A stretch of 64,000 nt of DNA from Aestuariivirga sp. (GCF_041738905.1 NZ_JBGSOZ010000151.1:5829-69828); one strand, 5' to 3'. Shown: positions 49,600 through 59,960, counted from the stretch's first letter. The notes: a model not told the origin generated them from the sequence alone. Numbers and translations are program-made.

Positions 49600-51972
49600 T
49601 CAAAGTGCGACCCGCCGCAGCCGCAGCGCGTTGGTGATGACCGAGACGGAGGAAAGGCTCATCGCCGCTGCCGCGATCATCGGTGACAAAAGAAGTCCAG
49701 TGACAGGATATAGCAGCCCCGCCGCAATCGGCACGCCTAATGTGTTGTAGGCGAAGGCGAAGAACAGGTTCTGCTTGATGTTGCGCAGCGTGGCACGCGC
49801 CAGCTTTCGCGCCCGCACGATCCCCATCAGATCACCGCCGAGCCGGGTGATGCCGGCGCTCTCCATCGCCACGTCCGCCCCGGTGCCCATAGCGATGCCG
49901 ACATCGGCGGCGGCTAGCGCGGGCGCGTCGTTCACCCCGTCGCCGGCCATGGCGATCTTGTGACCATCCTTGCGCAACTGGTCGATCAGATCCTTCTTGG
50001 CCTCGGGCAGAACGCCCGCGCGCACTTCGTCGATGCCAAGTCTTCCAGCCACCGCCTGTGCCGTGCGCTCGTTGTCGCCGGTCGCCATGATGACGCGCAG
50101 ACCTTGGGCATGCAGTTCACGGATTGCCTGCGCCGTGCTGTCCTTGATCGGGTCGGACACCGCCACGATTCCCGCCAGTGCGCCGTCTACCGCAATGAAC
50201 ATTGCTGTTTTGCCTTCAGCGCGTAGAGTATCGGCCTTTGCCTCAGCCTGTGCCGTATCCAGTCCCATCTCTCGCATCATCGACGCATTACCGAGTGCGA
50301 CGGCCCGGCCGCCGATCTTGCCACGCACGCCTTTTCCGGTGATAGCCTCGAATTCCGTCGCCTCCTGACGTGCAGCGCCCTGTGCCTCGGCCCCCTCGAC
50401 GATCGCCTCAGCCAGCGGATGTTCTGAGCCGCGCTCGAGTGCTGCGGCTAGCGATAACAGGCCAGTCGCCTCGATATCACCCAGCACCACAGTATCGGTT
50501 AGCTTCGGCTTTCCCATCGTCAGGGTGCCGGTCTTGTCGACGATCAGCGTATCGACGCCCGCCATCCGCTCCAGCGCCTCGGCATCCTTGATCAGCACCC
50601 CCGCCTGCGCGCCTCGCCCTGCTGCCGTGGTGATGGAAATTGGCGTCGCCAATCCAAGTGCGCAGGGGCAGGCGATAATCAGCACTGACACAGCGGAGGC
50701 GATTGCGAAGACCAGAGCGGGTTCCGGCCCGAAGATGAGCCAAGCGACGAACGCGAAAATGGCGATAGCCACAACCGTCGGCACGAACACCGCCGACACC
50801 CGGTCAGCCAATCCCTGGATAGGCGCACGCGAACGGCGCGCGTTCGATACCATCGCCACGATCTGCGCCAACACCGTATCGGAACCGACCTTTCCCGCCT
50901 CGATCACCAGAGAGCCATTCTTGTTGATTGTGGCCCCGGTCACCGCATCGCCCGAGGCCTTTTCAACCGGCATGGACTCGCCGGTCAGCATGCTTTCATC
51001 CACACTGGATCGACCCTCGATAACGACGCCATCCACCGGCACGGCATCACCGGGGCGCACACGCAGCCGGTTGCCCGCCATGATGTTTTCCAGCGGCGCG
51101 TCATATTCTGTGCCATCAGGCAGGATCCGCCTTGCGGTCTTGGGAGCGAGATCAAGCAGTGCCCGGATCGCGTCGCCTGTGCGTTCCCGCGCCCGCAGTT
51201 CCAGGACCTGACCCACGAAGACCAGTGCCACAATCACCACCGCCGCCTCGTAGTAAGTGCCAACGCCGTGGCCCATCCGGTAGGCATCCGGAAAGACGCC
51301 CGGCATAAAGGTCGCGACCAGGGAATAAAGATAAGCCGCCGCCACGCCGAGGCTGATCAGCGTCCACATGTTGGGTGAGCGGTTTACAACCGAGTCCCAG
51401 CCGCGCTTGAAGAACGGCAAGGCAACCCAGAGGATGACCGGTGTCGCCAGCACGAACTCCAGGTAGCTGGCTACCTGATGCCCGATCCAGTCGCGGACCG
51501 GCAGGGAGACCAGTTCGCCCATTGTCAGAACAACGAGGGGGACCGCTGCCGCGGCCGAAACCCACATCCGTCGTGTGAAGTCGGTCAACTCCTCGCTGGG
51601 CTCGCCGGAGGGCAGCATCGGCTCCAGCGCCATGCCGCAGATCGGGCAGGCACCAGGCGCGTCGCGGACGATCTCGGGGTGCATCGGGCAGGTATACTGG
51701 ACATTGGTGGGGACGGACTTCTTGCGCCCGGCAGCCCGGCCGGAGGCATAAAACCAAGGGTCTGCCTGGAACTTCGTCTGGCACTTGCCCGAGCAGAAGT
51801 GGAAGGACTTGCCGTCGAACGTCTCGGAGCGCGTCTCGGGCTTCAGGGTCACGGTCATGCCGCAGACCGGGTCGACGGCCGTCGGCCCGGCGCTGAGTCT
51901 AGGCCCCGTGTTGCCCTGGTCCATTTCGGGGTTCGAATGACTGTAGCCTGCGTGCGGATCGACGGTGGACAA
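49600..51972 (-). CDS. copA: P1B-1 Cu(I) ATPase with YHS and metal-binding domains (TTG start inferred)
   Basis: DPVCGM, YTCPMHP, CPC, DKTGT, YN, MSLSS; SD aggag before the TTG. Confidence 0.92.
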   Translation of the reverse strand: MSTVDPHAGYSHSNPEMDQGNTGPRLSAGPTAVDPVCGMTVTLKPETRSETFDGKSFHFCSGKCQTKFQADPWFYASGRAAGRKKSVPTNVQYTCPMHPEIVRDAPGACPICGMALEPMLPSGEPSEELTDFTRRMWVSAAAAVPLVVLTMGELVSLPVRDWIGHQVASYLEFVLATPVILWVALPFFKRGWDSVVNRSPNMWTLISLGVAAAYLYSLVATFMPGVFPDAYRMGHGVGTYYEAAVVIVALVFVGQVLELRARERTGDAIRALLDLAPKTARRILPDGTEYDAPLENIMAGNRLRVRPGDAVPVDGVVIEGRSSVDESMLTGESMPVEKASGDAVTGATINKNGSLVIEAGKVGSDTVLAQIVAMVSNARRSRAPIQGLADRVSAVFVPTVVAIAIFAFVAWLIFGPEPALVFAIASAVSVLIIACPCALGLATPISITTAAGRGAQAGVLIKDAEALERMAGVDTLIVDKTGTLTMGKPKLTDTVVLGDIEATGLLSLAAALERGSEHPLAEAIVEGAEAQGAARQEATEFEAITGKGVRGKIGGRAVALGNASMMREMGLDTAQAEAKADTLRAEGKTAMFIAVDGALAGIVAVSDPIKDSTAQAIRELHAQGLRVIMATGDNERTAQAVAGRLGIDEVRAGVLPEAKKDLIDQLRKDGHKIAMAGDGVNDAPALAAADVGIAMGTGADVAMESAGITRLGGDLMGIVRARKLARATLRNIKQNLFFAFAYNTLGVPIAAGLLYPVTGLLLSPMIAAAAMSLSSVSVITNALRLRRVAL

Positions 51973-52030
51973 GGCGTTCTCCTTTCGCGGTCTGCGCCGC
52001 GTGAAGGCCGATGCACAGGCCTTCACGTTC

Positions 52031-52061
52031 GAATTGCTCCTTCCCAACGCTGGAAGGTCAA
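52031..52061 (-). promoter_or_regulatory. CueR-type operator/promoter for copA
   Basis: Minus strand TTGACC overlapping ACCTTCC-N7-GGAAGGA. Confidence 0.8.
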
Positions 52062-52086
52062 GCGCAAAATGAAGCAGTGAGTCCGC

Positions 52087-52473
52087 TCAGATCGCGGCAA
52101 CGGCCTTGGCCAGGAGGTCACGTACCTGAGCTGCCACACCAATCAACTCGGCATTGTCGATCGCCTGCATCGAGGCCACAGGATCGATGGCGCTGACTTC
52201 AACCCCGGTATCGACCTCGCGCAGGATCACGTTGCAGGGCAGCATCGCTCCCACCCGAGGTTCCATGCTGATGGCCTGATACGCCATTTTTGGATTGCAG
52301 GCGCCGAGGATCAGGTAGGCCGGCATGTCGACATCCAGCTTCTTTTTCATAGTCGCCTTGACATCGATTTCGGTCAGGACGCCAAAGCCGTTGGCGGCAA
52401 GTGCTTTCCGGGTGCGAGCGTCAACTGCTTCAAAATCTGCATCCACAATCAGCCGATTTATTGTGTAGTCCAT
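52087..52473 (-). CDS. DUF302 protein
   Basis: GFGVLTEID, ILGACNP, MLPCNV. Confidence 0.9.
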   Translation of the reverse strand: MDYTINRLIVDADFEAVDARTRKALAANGFGVLTEIDVKATMKKKLDVDMPAYLILGACNPKMAYQAISMEPRVGAMLPCNVILREVDTGVEVSAIDPVASMQAIDNAELIGVAAQVRDLLAKAVAAI

Positions 52474-52489
52474 TGGCTAACCCCTCAGT

Positions 52490-52606
52490 CTAATTGCGCA
52501 GGTATTTGACGAGCGCTGCAATTGCAAGGCCCACCAGCACAAGAATGACGATCATCCAGAGCCAGCCGAAGCCCATTCCGAAGCCCATGCCATAGTCATT
52601 CATCAT
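52490..52606 (-). CDS. 38-aa single-TM Met/Gly-rich peptide (not in ORF track)
   Basis: MMNDYGMGFGMGFGWLWMIVILVLVGLAIAALVKYLRN; co-oriented between the EF-hand and DUF302 genes. Confidence 0.6.
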   Translation of the reverse strand: MMNDYGMGFGMGFGWLWMIVILVLVGLAIAALVKYLRN

Positions 52607-52679
52607 GTTTTCTACCATTCTGTGAAGGAAGTGATCCGCCAACTTGCGCCGGCCCCAGTTGGCGGAGACAAAGCACGTT

Positions 52680-53186
52680 TCAGTTGTCGTTCATCATGCC
52701 CTTGCCCATGTCCATCATGCCACCCTGCTGTCCGCCCATATGGCTTTGCATCATCGCAGCCATTGCGGCCATTTCAGCTTCGGTCACCTGTGCATCACCG
52801 TCGGCGTCGTGCATCTGGAAGGCGCGCACCGTCATCGGCCGGGTGTGGGCCGCATGCATCACCGCGAATTCCTCCAGCGAAAGCATGCCATTGGTATCGG
52901 TGTCGTAGGTCTTGAGTTCAGACTGAACGCCGACAGTCATCTCTTCAGGGCTGAGCATGCCGTCCTTGTTGGTATCAAACTTGGCCATTGCATAGCTTTG
53001 GGCTCCGCCCATCATCATGCCCATCCCGCCGCCCATTATGCCGCCATGCCCGCCCATCATGCCCATTCCGTCATTCATCATGCCGCCATGTTGCATCTGG
53101 GTCTGTTGGGCGACCACCGGCAGCGCAATGACAGCAAGGCCAAGGGCGGCAACGGCTGCTAAAGCGAATTTCGTCGAGCGTCTCAT
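52680..53186 (-). CDS. Secreted EF-hand protein with Met/Gly-rich arms
   Basis: DTNKDGMLSPEE, DTDTNGMLSLEE, DADGDAQVTEAE; signal peptide. Confidence 0.85.
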   Translation of the reverse strand: MRRSTKFALAAVAALGLAVIALPVVAQQTQMQHGGMMNDGMGMMGGHGGIMGGGMGMMMGGAQSYAMAKFDTNKDGMLSPEEMTVGVQSELKTYDTDTNGMLSLEEFAVMHAAHTRPMTVRAFQMHDADGDAQVTEAEMAAMAAMMQSHMGGQQGGMMDMGKGMMNDN

Positions 53187-53267
53187 TCGATCTCTCCTGG
53201 ATTGTATTGCGATCGCTTCAATTTGTGGGGCAGATGTCCCACAAGTGTGTCAGGCGAACCGATGTTT

Positions 53268-53284
53268 TGTATCAAACTGTCGCA
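53268..53284. promoter_or_regulatory. Possible OmpR-family tandem binding site
   Basis: Minus strand TGCGACA-gtt-TGATACA, 10-bp period, in the divergent intergenic region. Confidence 0.35.
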
Positions 53285-53366
53285 AGCAGCGGCGCAAACA
53301 GATATTGCGACAATCTTCTGAAGGTAGCGCCTGCAGTATCGGCTAGTGTCAGCCTCAGGAGACTGT

Positions 53367-54092
53367 ATGATGACTCATCCGCGCCACATCCTTATCGTCG
53401 ATGATCACCGCGAGATCCGCGATGCGCTGGTAAAGTATCTGGAGAAGAACGGCATGCGCGCGACCTCTGCCGCCGATGCGGTGGCGATGGATGCGGCTAT
53501 GAAGGTGGGGCACTTCGACCTTGTCGTGCTCGACGTGATGATGCCGGGCGAAGATGGGCTGTCAGTCTGCCGCAGGCTTCGCGCGAAGAGTGACATTCCG
53601 ATCCTGATGCTGACTGCGCTGGGGGCCGAGACTGACCGCATCGTGGGGCTTGAAGTTGGGGCGGATGACTATCTGCCCAAACCCTTCAACCCCCGCGAGT
53701 TGCTGGCCCGCATCAAGGCGATCCTGCGCCGGTTCGACCGGGTGGAAGTAGCAGGCGGCAGTCTCGCGGGGCACAAACTGGCATTCGACCGTTGGGTGCT
53801 CGATACCGATCGCCGAACCCTGATCGAAGCCGATGGTGCCGAGGTTTCACTGACCACCGCCGAATTCCGTCTGCTGACGGTATTTCTCGAACGGCCGCGC
53901 TTCGTACTCAGCCGCGAACAATTGCTCGATCTGACCTCGGGACGTGCGTCACAGGTATTCGACCGTACCATTGACAACCAGATCAGTCGCCTGCGTCGCA
54001 AGGTCGAAGTCGATTCCGCCAAGCCCGTGCTGATCGCCACTGTCTGGGGTGGTGGGTACAGCCTTGCGGCCGATGTGAAGGAGATTCCGTGA
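53367..54092 (+). CDS. OmpR-family response regulator
   Basis: IVDDH, LDVMMPG, GADDYLPKPF, DRTIDNQISRLR. Confidence 0.92.
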   Translation: MMTHPRHILIVDDHREIRDALVKYLEKNGMRATSAADAVAMDAAMKVGHFDLVVLDVMMPGEDGLSVCRRLRAKSDIPILMLTALGAETDRIVGLEVGADDYLPKPFNPRELLARIKAILRRFDRVEVAGGSLAGHKLAFDRWVLDTDRRTLIEADGAEVSLTTAEFRLLTVFLERPRFVLSREQLLDLTSGRASQVFDRTIDNQISRLRRKVEVDSAKPVLIATVWGGGYSLAADVKEIP

Positions 54093-55492
54093 ACACGCGT
54101 TTTCCCCTCCTGCGCAGTTTGTTTCCTCAGTCCCTGGGGGGACAATTGCTGGTTATGCTGCTTTTGGCCCTCGCCATCACGCAGGGGCTTGGCCTCTTGC
54201 TGCTGACGGATGAACGCAATCGTGCGGTGCGGGCGGCGTTGGGGCTTGAGGCGGCAGGGCGGGCGGCTAATGTGGTCCTGCTCCTGGACAACGCCCCCGC
54301 CGAACTGCGCCCATCCATCCTGCGGGCGGCAGATTCGCCTCTGGTGAGGTTCGAAATTGGGGCAGAACCGGAAGCGCCACATGACAGCGCCGAGTCGGAT
54401 GTTGTTCTGCGCCAAATCCGGCAGATTCTTGGCGAGCCAGACCGTGAAGTTCGCGCTGATGTTCATGCTCTTTCCAGAGTTCCCGTGCCGATGCCGGACG
54501 GGGTGCCCGTCGCCATGCGCCCGATGCACGAGACGATGATGGCTGGGCGAACCGAGCCCGTTGAGCTGACGTTATCGATACGTCTGGCGGGTGGTGATTG
54601 GCTAAACGTGCGCACGATGTTTCATCGCCCGGGTCTGCAGCTTTCACCGCAAGCCCTCTTGCCCTTGCTGTTGATGGCGGTTGCTGTCGCTCTGGTGGCA
54701 TGGTGGACTGCGCGCCGTGTTGTTGGCCCGATGCGCGCCCTTGCCGTCGGCGCCGACCGGCTGGGCCGTGGCCTGGATGCATATCCGCTGCCGATGACGG
54801 GGCCGACGGAGGTGCGCGATACCACGCAGGCCTTTAACCGCATGAAAGACCGGCTGACCCGTTTCGTGAACGAACGCACGCATATGCTTGCCGCCCTGAG
54901 CCATGACCTGCGTTCGCCCCTAACGGCCATGCGGCTCAGGATCGAAATGCTGGATGAATCCGAAGACAGCATACGGCTGAAGGCTTTGGTCGAGGAAATG
55001 CAGGCAATGGTGGAGGCAACGCTGGAATTCGCGCGCGGAGTCGTGAGGGCTGAACCCTCCTCGAAGGTCGACCTCACCGTGCTGCTGAGTGACCTGGTTG
55101 GCGATGTGGGCGGTGACCGCGCAACCCTTGTCGCATCGGGGCCGCTGCCCGTCACCATCCGCCCGCAGGCCCTGAACCGCGCGCTGCGCAACCTCATCGA
55201 CAATGCGGTCCGCTATGGCGGCGTGGCGAAGGTGACGCTGAAACGGGAGTTGGAAATGGCTATCATTACCGTCGCTGACAAGGGCCCCGGATTACCCGAC
55301 AATCAGCTCGAGACTGCCTTTGAACCATTTGTGCGTCTGGAAGGGTCACGCAGCCGCGATACGGGCGGTGCCGGTCTGGGTCTGGCAATTGCCCGAACCA
55401 TCATTCAGGCCCATGGCGGGACGGTAAAGCTCCGCAACCTGCACGAAGGGGGTTTGGAAGCCGTTGTTCACCTCCCCATCGAAGCAGTGTAG
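54089..55492 (+). CDS. Sensor histidine kinase
   Basis: LSHDLRSP, NAVRYG, DKGPG, GAGLGL; Met-rich periplasmic loop. Confidence 0.92.
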   Translation: MNTRFPLLRSLFPQSLGGQLLVMLLLALAITQGLGLLLLTDERNRAVRAALGLEAAGRAANVVLLLDNAPAELRPSILRAADSPLVRFEIGAEPEAPHDSAESDVVLRQIRQILGEPDREVRADVHALSRVPVPMPDGVPVAMRPMHETMMAGRTEPVELTLSIRLAGGDWLNVRTMFHRPGLQLSPQALLPLLLMAVAVALVAWWTARRVVGPMRALAVGADRLGRGLDAYPLPMTGPTEVRDTTQAFNRMKDRLTRFVNERTHMLAALSHDLRSPLTAMRLRIEMLDESEDSIRLKALVEEMQAMVEATLEFARGVVRAEPSSKVDLTVLLSDLVGDVGGDRATLVASGPLPVTIRPQALNRALRNLIDNAVRYGGVAKVTLKRELEMAIITVADKGPGLPDNQLETAFEPFVRLEGSRSRDTGGAGLGLAIARTIIQAHGGTVKLRNLHEGGLEAVVHLPIEAV

Positions 55493-55625
55493 TAGACCCG
55501 GGAAGAGTAGGATCACCTTCAGGTGAGTGATTATGCTTTTGCTGCCATTTGGATGCGCGCATGGGATTCGAAAAGAGAGCAAATCTGACCCCAATTAAAT
55601 CAATAACTTACGAGTGGAGAACGTT

Positions 55626-55651
55626 GGATTTCAGACCCGTTCCCTCCGCCA
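55626..55651 (+). other. Degenerate tRNA 3'-end-like sequence, possible att relic
   Basis: GGATTTCAGACCCGTTCCCTCCGCCA resembles a tRNA T-arm/acceptor ending CTCCGCCA; lies in a gene-free region at the island edge. Confidence 0.3.
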
Positions 55652-56146
55652 GTTTCCCATTGCAAACTCCAGAACGACCGATTTAAGTAGCGAAATTCCT
55701 TTTGTTTTCAAAAGGGTTTGCAAGGGTAATGCGGACTTCAGAGACTGGGGACCGGCCTGAAATCGGTCTCCGAAGGGCCTCCGTCTCATTCCGACCGGAC
55801 CTCATCGAAATCAGTACGCATTCAAAATATCATGTAATATCAGTTGCTTAAACTTTCGGCGAATCCGTGCTGTTGGAGTTGGTTCTCTCGCCCTCGGTAT
55901 ACTTAAAACCGGCGGTACGCATGGTGGAGCACATTTCTCCGGGGCGCAGGACCACGCAGAATTATGATGAGAAACTGGACGGACCCGAACAGCGTGCCAA
56001 TTGTAATCTGGTGCGGGTGTTTCAGATCAGCTGATGGTTAGGTGCCGGCTATCCGAACACACCGTCTGCCGAGGCGGCGGACCCTTCGGGGCGTGGTAGC
56101 ACCCGTTTCCTCAGTATCCTCTTTTTCGAACCGCCGGGGGCCGCAG

Positions 56147-56899
56147 CTAAACTGGGACCTCGGCAACGAACTTTTGAAGGCCCGCTGGATCGTGCACCAC
56201 AACACCCCGATAATCGATCTCCAGATAGCCTTTTGCTGCAAGTTTCCGCAGGATCGTGCCAGTGGCGTTGCGCGACAGGTTTGCTGCCTCAGCGAGCTCT
56301 GCCTGGGTAATCGGGAGGCGCACCGGCTCCATCAGGCCCGACGAGAGACCGCGCAGCCCCGCGAACCGCAGGATCGTGGCCGCGAGACGCCGGTCTGATT
56401 GGCGGATCAGCAGATCGGACGCAACCATTGCGCTCGTGTCGCCATACTCGGCAAGCAAACGCATGAAACAGCGCCACCACAATGTCGACTCGTCCAGCAG
56501 CGGAAGGATCTTGGCCTTCGGGATGACCGCGATCCACAGGTCTGTCCGGGCCTCGGCTGTAACGTCCCGCGGCCGCTCCAGGAGCAAAGGACCATACCCT
56601 ATCCACAATACCGCATGGGCCATATGCATTACAGGGTTTCCGGCGCGGCCAAGCGTCGAGGTCAACGCAACAGTTCCATGCGCCAGCCCGATGACGTTAT
56701 CCTTCTCCTCTCCGCCGAGCGTGAGCGTCGTGCCCGGATCGACGTGGCACCAGCGGGCCGCGGACAGAAATCGCTTCCGAAATTCGGGTGGCGTACCGGC
56801 CAGCCAGCCGGACGATCCGAGAATTGATAGACCACTCTCGCGCTCCACTCCACATGGCCTTTCGTTCCACGCTGACAATAATCCCAAAACATTGCACAT
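56147..56899 (-). CDS. Crp/Fnr-family regulator (start uncertain)
   Basis: cNMP-like beta domain; ITQAELAEAANLSR HTH. Confidence 0.85.
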   Translation of the reverse strand: MCNVLGLLSAWNERPCGVERESGLSILGSSGWLAGTPPEFRKRFLSAARWCHVDPGTTLTLGGEEKDNVIGLAHGTVALTSTLGRAGNPVMHMAHAVLWIGYGPLLLERPRDVTAEARTDLWIAVIPKAKILPLLDESTLWWRCFMRLLAEYGDTSAMVASDLLIRQSDRRLAATILRFAGLRGLSSGLMEPVRLPITQAELAEAANLSRNATGTILRKLAAKGYLEIDYRGVVVHDPAGLQKFVAEVPV

Positions 56900-57042
56900 T
56901 TTTGGTCATCATGAAACGGAAAGCGGGATACACTTTTGCGGAAACTGCTGCGCGCCAGCATGGTGGTGCGTCAGAATCTCAAGCGAGCCATGAATCTGCA
57001 TGTGCTGATCGGGCCGCCCCGGCGGCGAAGGGAGAAACCGTC

Positions 57043-58923
57043 ATGACCACCCGCCGCAACCTTCTGACCGCCGCGCCCGCGGCAGGGGCGCTCTTCACAC
57101 TCGGCGCGCCCGCCCTCACAGTCCCGACCGTTGCCCGCGCGCAGGGCACGGAAAGCGTGGGACCGATCTGGCGCAGCCAGTCACTCCGCGAGCAGCCTGT
57201 CACCAATCCTGACGGCATCATCGCGGCAGCAGAAACGTTCACGGTCAACGAAAGAATGGGAGCGGATCGCAAGGTGGCCGCTCAGGTCGCGCCGGGGGTT
57301 TACGCCCTGCGTGGCTTTGGGATTGCGCAAACCTATGCGCTGGACGCCCCGGGCGGCTGGATCATCATCGACACCGCTGACACCACACAGCTCGCCGCGG
57401 AAATGCGGGCGATGCTGGAAGAAGCGGTCGGTGGCCAGATCCGGGTCGCCGCCATCCTCTTCACCCACTGGCACTACGCGTCCGCTCAGGCGCCTTGGCG
57501 CGACGAGGGGACGGAGACCTGGGGGCACGAACGTCTTGACGCCAACCTGGCGGCCGAAGGCGGCCTCACCCCCTTCCGGGGCGTGGGGCAGTCGCGAGCA
57601 ATCGCACAGTTCGGGATCCTGCATCCCCGAAGTGGGCCCGACGGATTTCCCAACGTGCTCGGCTTCGGCCCGGAAAAGCTCACGGGGGATAGCAGCTACC
57701 AGCCGCCGCAAAAGACGTTCCCCAATGGGCAGATCATCCAGTTGACGATTGCCGGTGAAGAGATCGAAGTGGCGCCCAACCGGTCCGACACCACCTGCAG
57801 CGTTGGTTTCTGGTTCCCCAACCGCAAACTGCTCGTCACCAACTTCATGGTGACACCCTTGATCTTCAACATCTACACCCTGCGCGGTGGACCCATCCGC
57901 GACCCGGCCGTCTTCATTGACGATGCGCGCTGGCTGGAAAGCAAGGATGCCGAGATGCTGCTCGACATCCACAACGCCCCGATCAAGGGGCAAGCGGCGG
58001 TGCAGGCGGCCATCGAGCGTACCGTGGATCAAGTCCAGCAGATCCTCGATCAGACGATCCGGCTGATCTCGCACGGCCTCGAAGCCCGACAGGCGGCAGA
58101 GGCGATTACCATGTCGCCCGGTTTGCGCGACGGCGCAGAGCTTTACGGTCAGGTCGAAAGCCATGTCCGGGCCGTGTGGGCGCACCAGCGCGGCTGGTTC
58201 GGCAGCGATGTCTACGCCATCAACCCCCTGGGCGAGCGGGAAGAGGCCGCCCGGCTCGTGGCAGGCATGGGCGGCGCCGAAGCCGTACGGCAGGCCGCCA
58301 CAACGGCGGTTGCCGAAGGTGGTCTCGAGAATTGGCGCTGGGGATTGAAGCTGACGTCGCTTCTGATGACGCTCGATCCGGACGATCAGGCCGCGCGTGC
58401 GGCACGCATTGTCGCGGCCCGCGCGCTCGGCCAGCGGACGACTGCGGCCAATGCCCGAGGTTTCTATATTACAGAAGCGCTGCAGCTGGAAGGTGGCATG
58501 CTGGCCTTGGGCCAGCCGGTCACGATCGACCTGCTCCGACGGGTGCTGGGAACGCCGCAGAAGTCGCAGTTGACGGATGCGCCGGTTTTATCGGTGCTGC
58601 AATACCTGCGCCATCTTGTCGATCCGGCGGCGGCGGGGGACCAGCGCCTCAGCTTCACCATGGCCGTGGAGGGCGATCCGGCAATGCACCGGGTCCAGCT
58701 GCGCAATGGCGTACTGATCATCTCGACGGTCGAGACAGCAGAGGCGGTCCATGTCGCCGCGACCAAGGAACAGTTGGCGGACTTCGTGCTCGGCGCCGCA
58801 CCGCTGCCCGGCGATGCGCCGGAACTGTCCGGTTTCGGGAAGGTCTTTGATCGCAGCCAGTTCCTGCCGCGGGAAAGTCTGGTTGCCGCGTTAGGCAGCA
58901 AGCCTCTGGATCATGAGTACTAA
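57043..58923 (+). CDS. Tat-exported alkyl-sulfatase-like metallo-beta-lactamase-fold protein
   Basis: MTTRRNLL; IIDT, THWH, NIYTLRG; C-terminal SCP2-like segment. Confidence 0.75.
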   Translation: MTTRRNLLTAAPAAGALFTLGAPALTVPTVARAQGTESVGPIWRSQSLREQPVTNPDGIIAAAETFTVNERMGADRKVAAQVAPGVYALRGFGIAQTYALDAPGGWIIIDTADTTQLAAEMRAMLEEAVGGQIRVAAILFTHWHYASAQAPWRDEGTETWGHERLDANLAAEGGLTPFRGVGQSRAIAQFGILHPRSGPDGFPNVLGFGPEKLTGDSSYQPPQKTFPNGQIIQLTIAGEEIEVAPNRSDTTCSVGFWFPNRKLLVTNFMVTPLIFNIYTLRGGPIRDPAVFIDDARWLESKDAEMLLDIHNAPIKGQAAVQAAIERTVDQVQQILDQTIRLISHGLEARQAAEAITMSPGLRDGAELYGQVESHVRAVWAHQRGWFGSDVYAINPLGEREEAARLVAGMGGAEAVRQAATTAVAEGGLENWRWGLKLTSLLMTLDPDDQAARAARIVAARALGQRTTAANARGFYITEALQLEGGMLALGQPVTIDLLRRVLGTPQKSQLTDAPVLSVLQYLRHLVDPAAAGDQRLSFTMAVEGDPAMHRVQLRNGVLIISTVETAEAVHVAATKEQLADFVLGAAPLPGDAPELSGFGKVFDRSQFLPRESLVAALGSKPLDHEY

Positions 58924-59065
58924 TGCCAACCCGCGCTGAAAATAAAACGTGAGACTGATTCCCAAGAACATACGTTCGTGGGACAGCATAGAAATCAAGC
59001 GATGTCCATGTGCACCGGTGGCGTGCCAAGGTCTAGCCATGGATCAACAGAGTAGGAATATACAC

Positions 59066-59566
59066 ATGAGTGATCTCGTTTTCATCGCATTCCCGTCAGA
59101 ACAGAGAGCTGAAGAGGTCCGCGAGAAGGTCCTCGAAATGCAGAAAGAGTATCTGATCGATCTTGGCGATGCCGTTGTTGCAGTAAAGGATGACAAAGGC
59201 AGAATCAAACTCAACCAGCTTATGAATACGACGGCTGCCGGGGCTGCTTCAGGAGCGATGTGGGGATCCATAATCGGTTTGTTATTCCTGAATCCGCTGC
59301 TGGGTGCAGCCGTCGGCGCAGGATCCGGCGCACTGGGCGGCAAGCTCACGGACGTCGGGATCAATGATCAATTCATGAAGGATTCGGCAAGCGCCCTGCG
59401 GCCGGGAACGGCAGGACTCTTCCTGCTGATCCGCAAGATGACGGCGGACAAGGTTCTCGTGTATCTCAACGGCCTCGGCGGTACCGTAATGAAGACCTCG
59501 TTCGACGAAACCAAAGAGGGCGAGCTCCGCAAGGCACTCGCAGGCCAGTCGCCAACCAGCACTTGA
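59066..59566 (+). CDS. DUF1269 membrane protein
   Basis: DAVVAVKD, GAASGAMWGSIIGLLF, DVGIND. Confidence 0.85.
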   Translation: MSDLVFIAFPSEQRAEEVREKVLEMQKEYLIDLGDAVVAVKDDKGRIKLNQLMNTTAAGAASGAMWGSIIGLLFLNPLLGAAVGAGSGALGGKLTDVGINDQFMKDSASALRPGTAGLFLLIRKMTADKVLVYLNGLGGTVMKTSFDETKEGELRKALAGQSPTST

Positions 59567-59651
59567 AGTCTGCTATTGCAGCGTCCGATGCTGAACGAGA
59601 CAAGCGTGCTAGAAAATTATACGAGCTGTAATAATTCCACAGGAGAGAAAC

Positions 59652-59960
59652 ATGATTTCCCGAGTTTTTGCCCCGCTGGCCATCACGCTTGGTCTGTTGC
59701 TCACGCCTGCAGTCATCCCCACGACAGCAGAAGCGGTTACAATAGACATCACTATTGGTAGTAGCCTCAACAACGGGCGAGGTATCACGTGTTGGGAGGG
59801 TGAACGCCTGCTGCGCAATCGCGGCTTCCGCGACATCCGCCGCATGGATTGCCGGGGAAGGTACTTTGTCTATCGTGGCACGCGCAACGGAAGACGGTTA
59901 GAAATTGCCCTCCGCTCCAGCGACGGCCGCGTATCGGACGTCCGCCGACTTTCAAGATAG
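59652..59960 (+). CDS. Small secreted protein
   Basis: SD aggag; signal peptide; ITCWEG...MDCRG Cys pair. Confidence 0.65.
   Translation: MISRVFAPLAITLGLLLTPAVIPTTAEAVTIDITIGSSLNNGRGITCWEGERLLRNRGFRDIRRMDCRGRYFVYRGTRNGRRLEIALRSSDGRVSDVRRLSR

Noticed and set aside
55626-55651. Complete tRNA gene
   Set aside because: No D-arm or anticodon arm, and the T-loop is degenerate; kept only as a possible att relic
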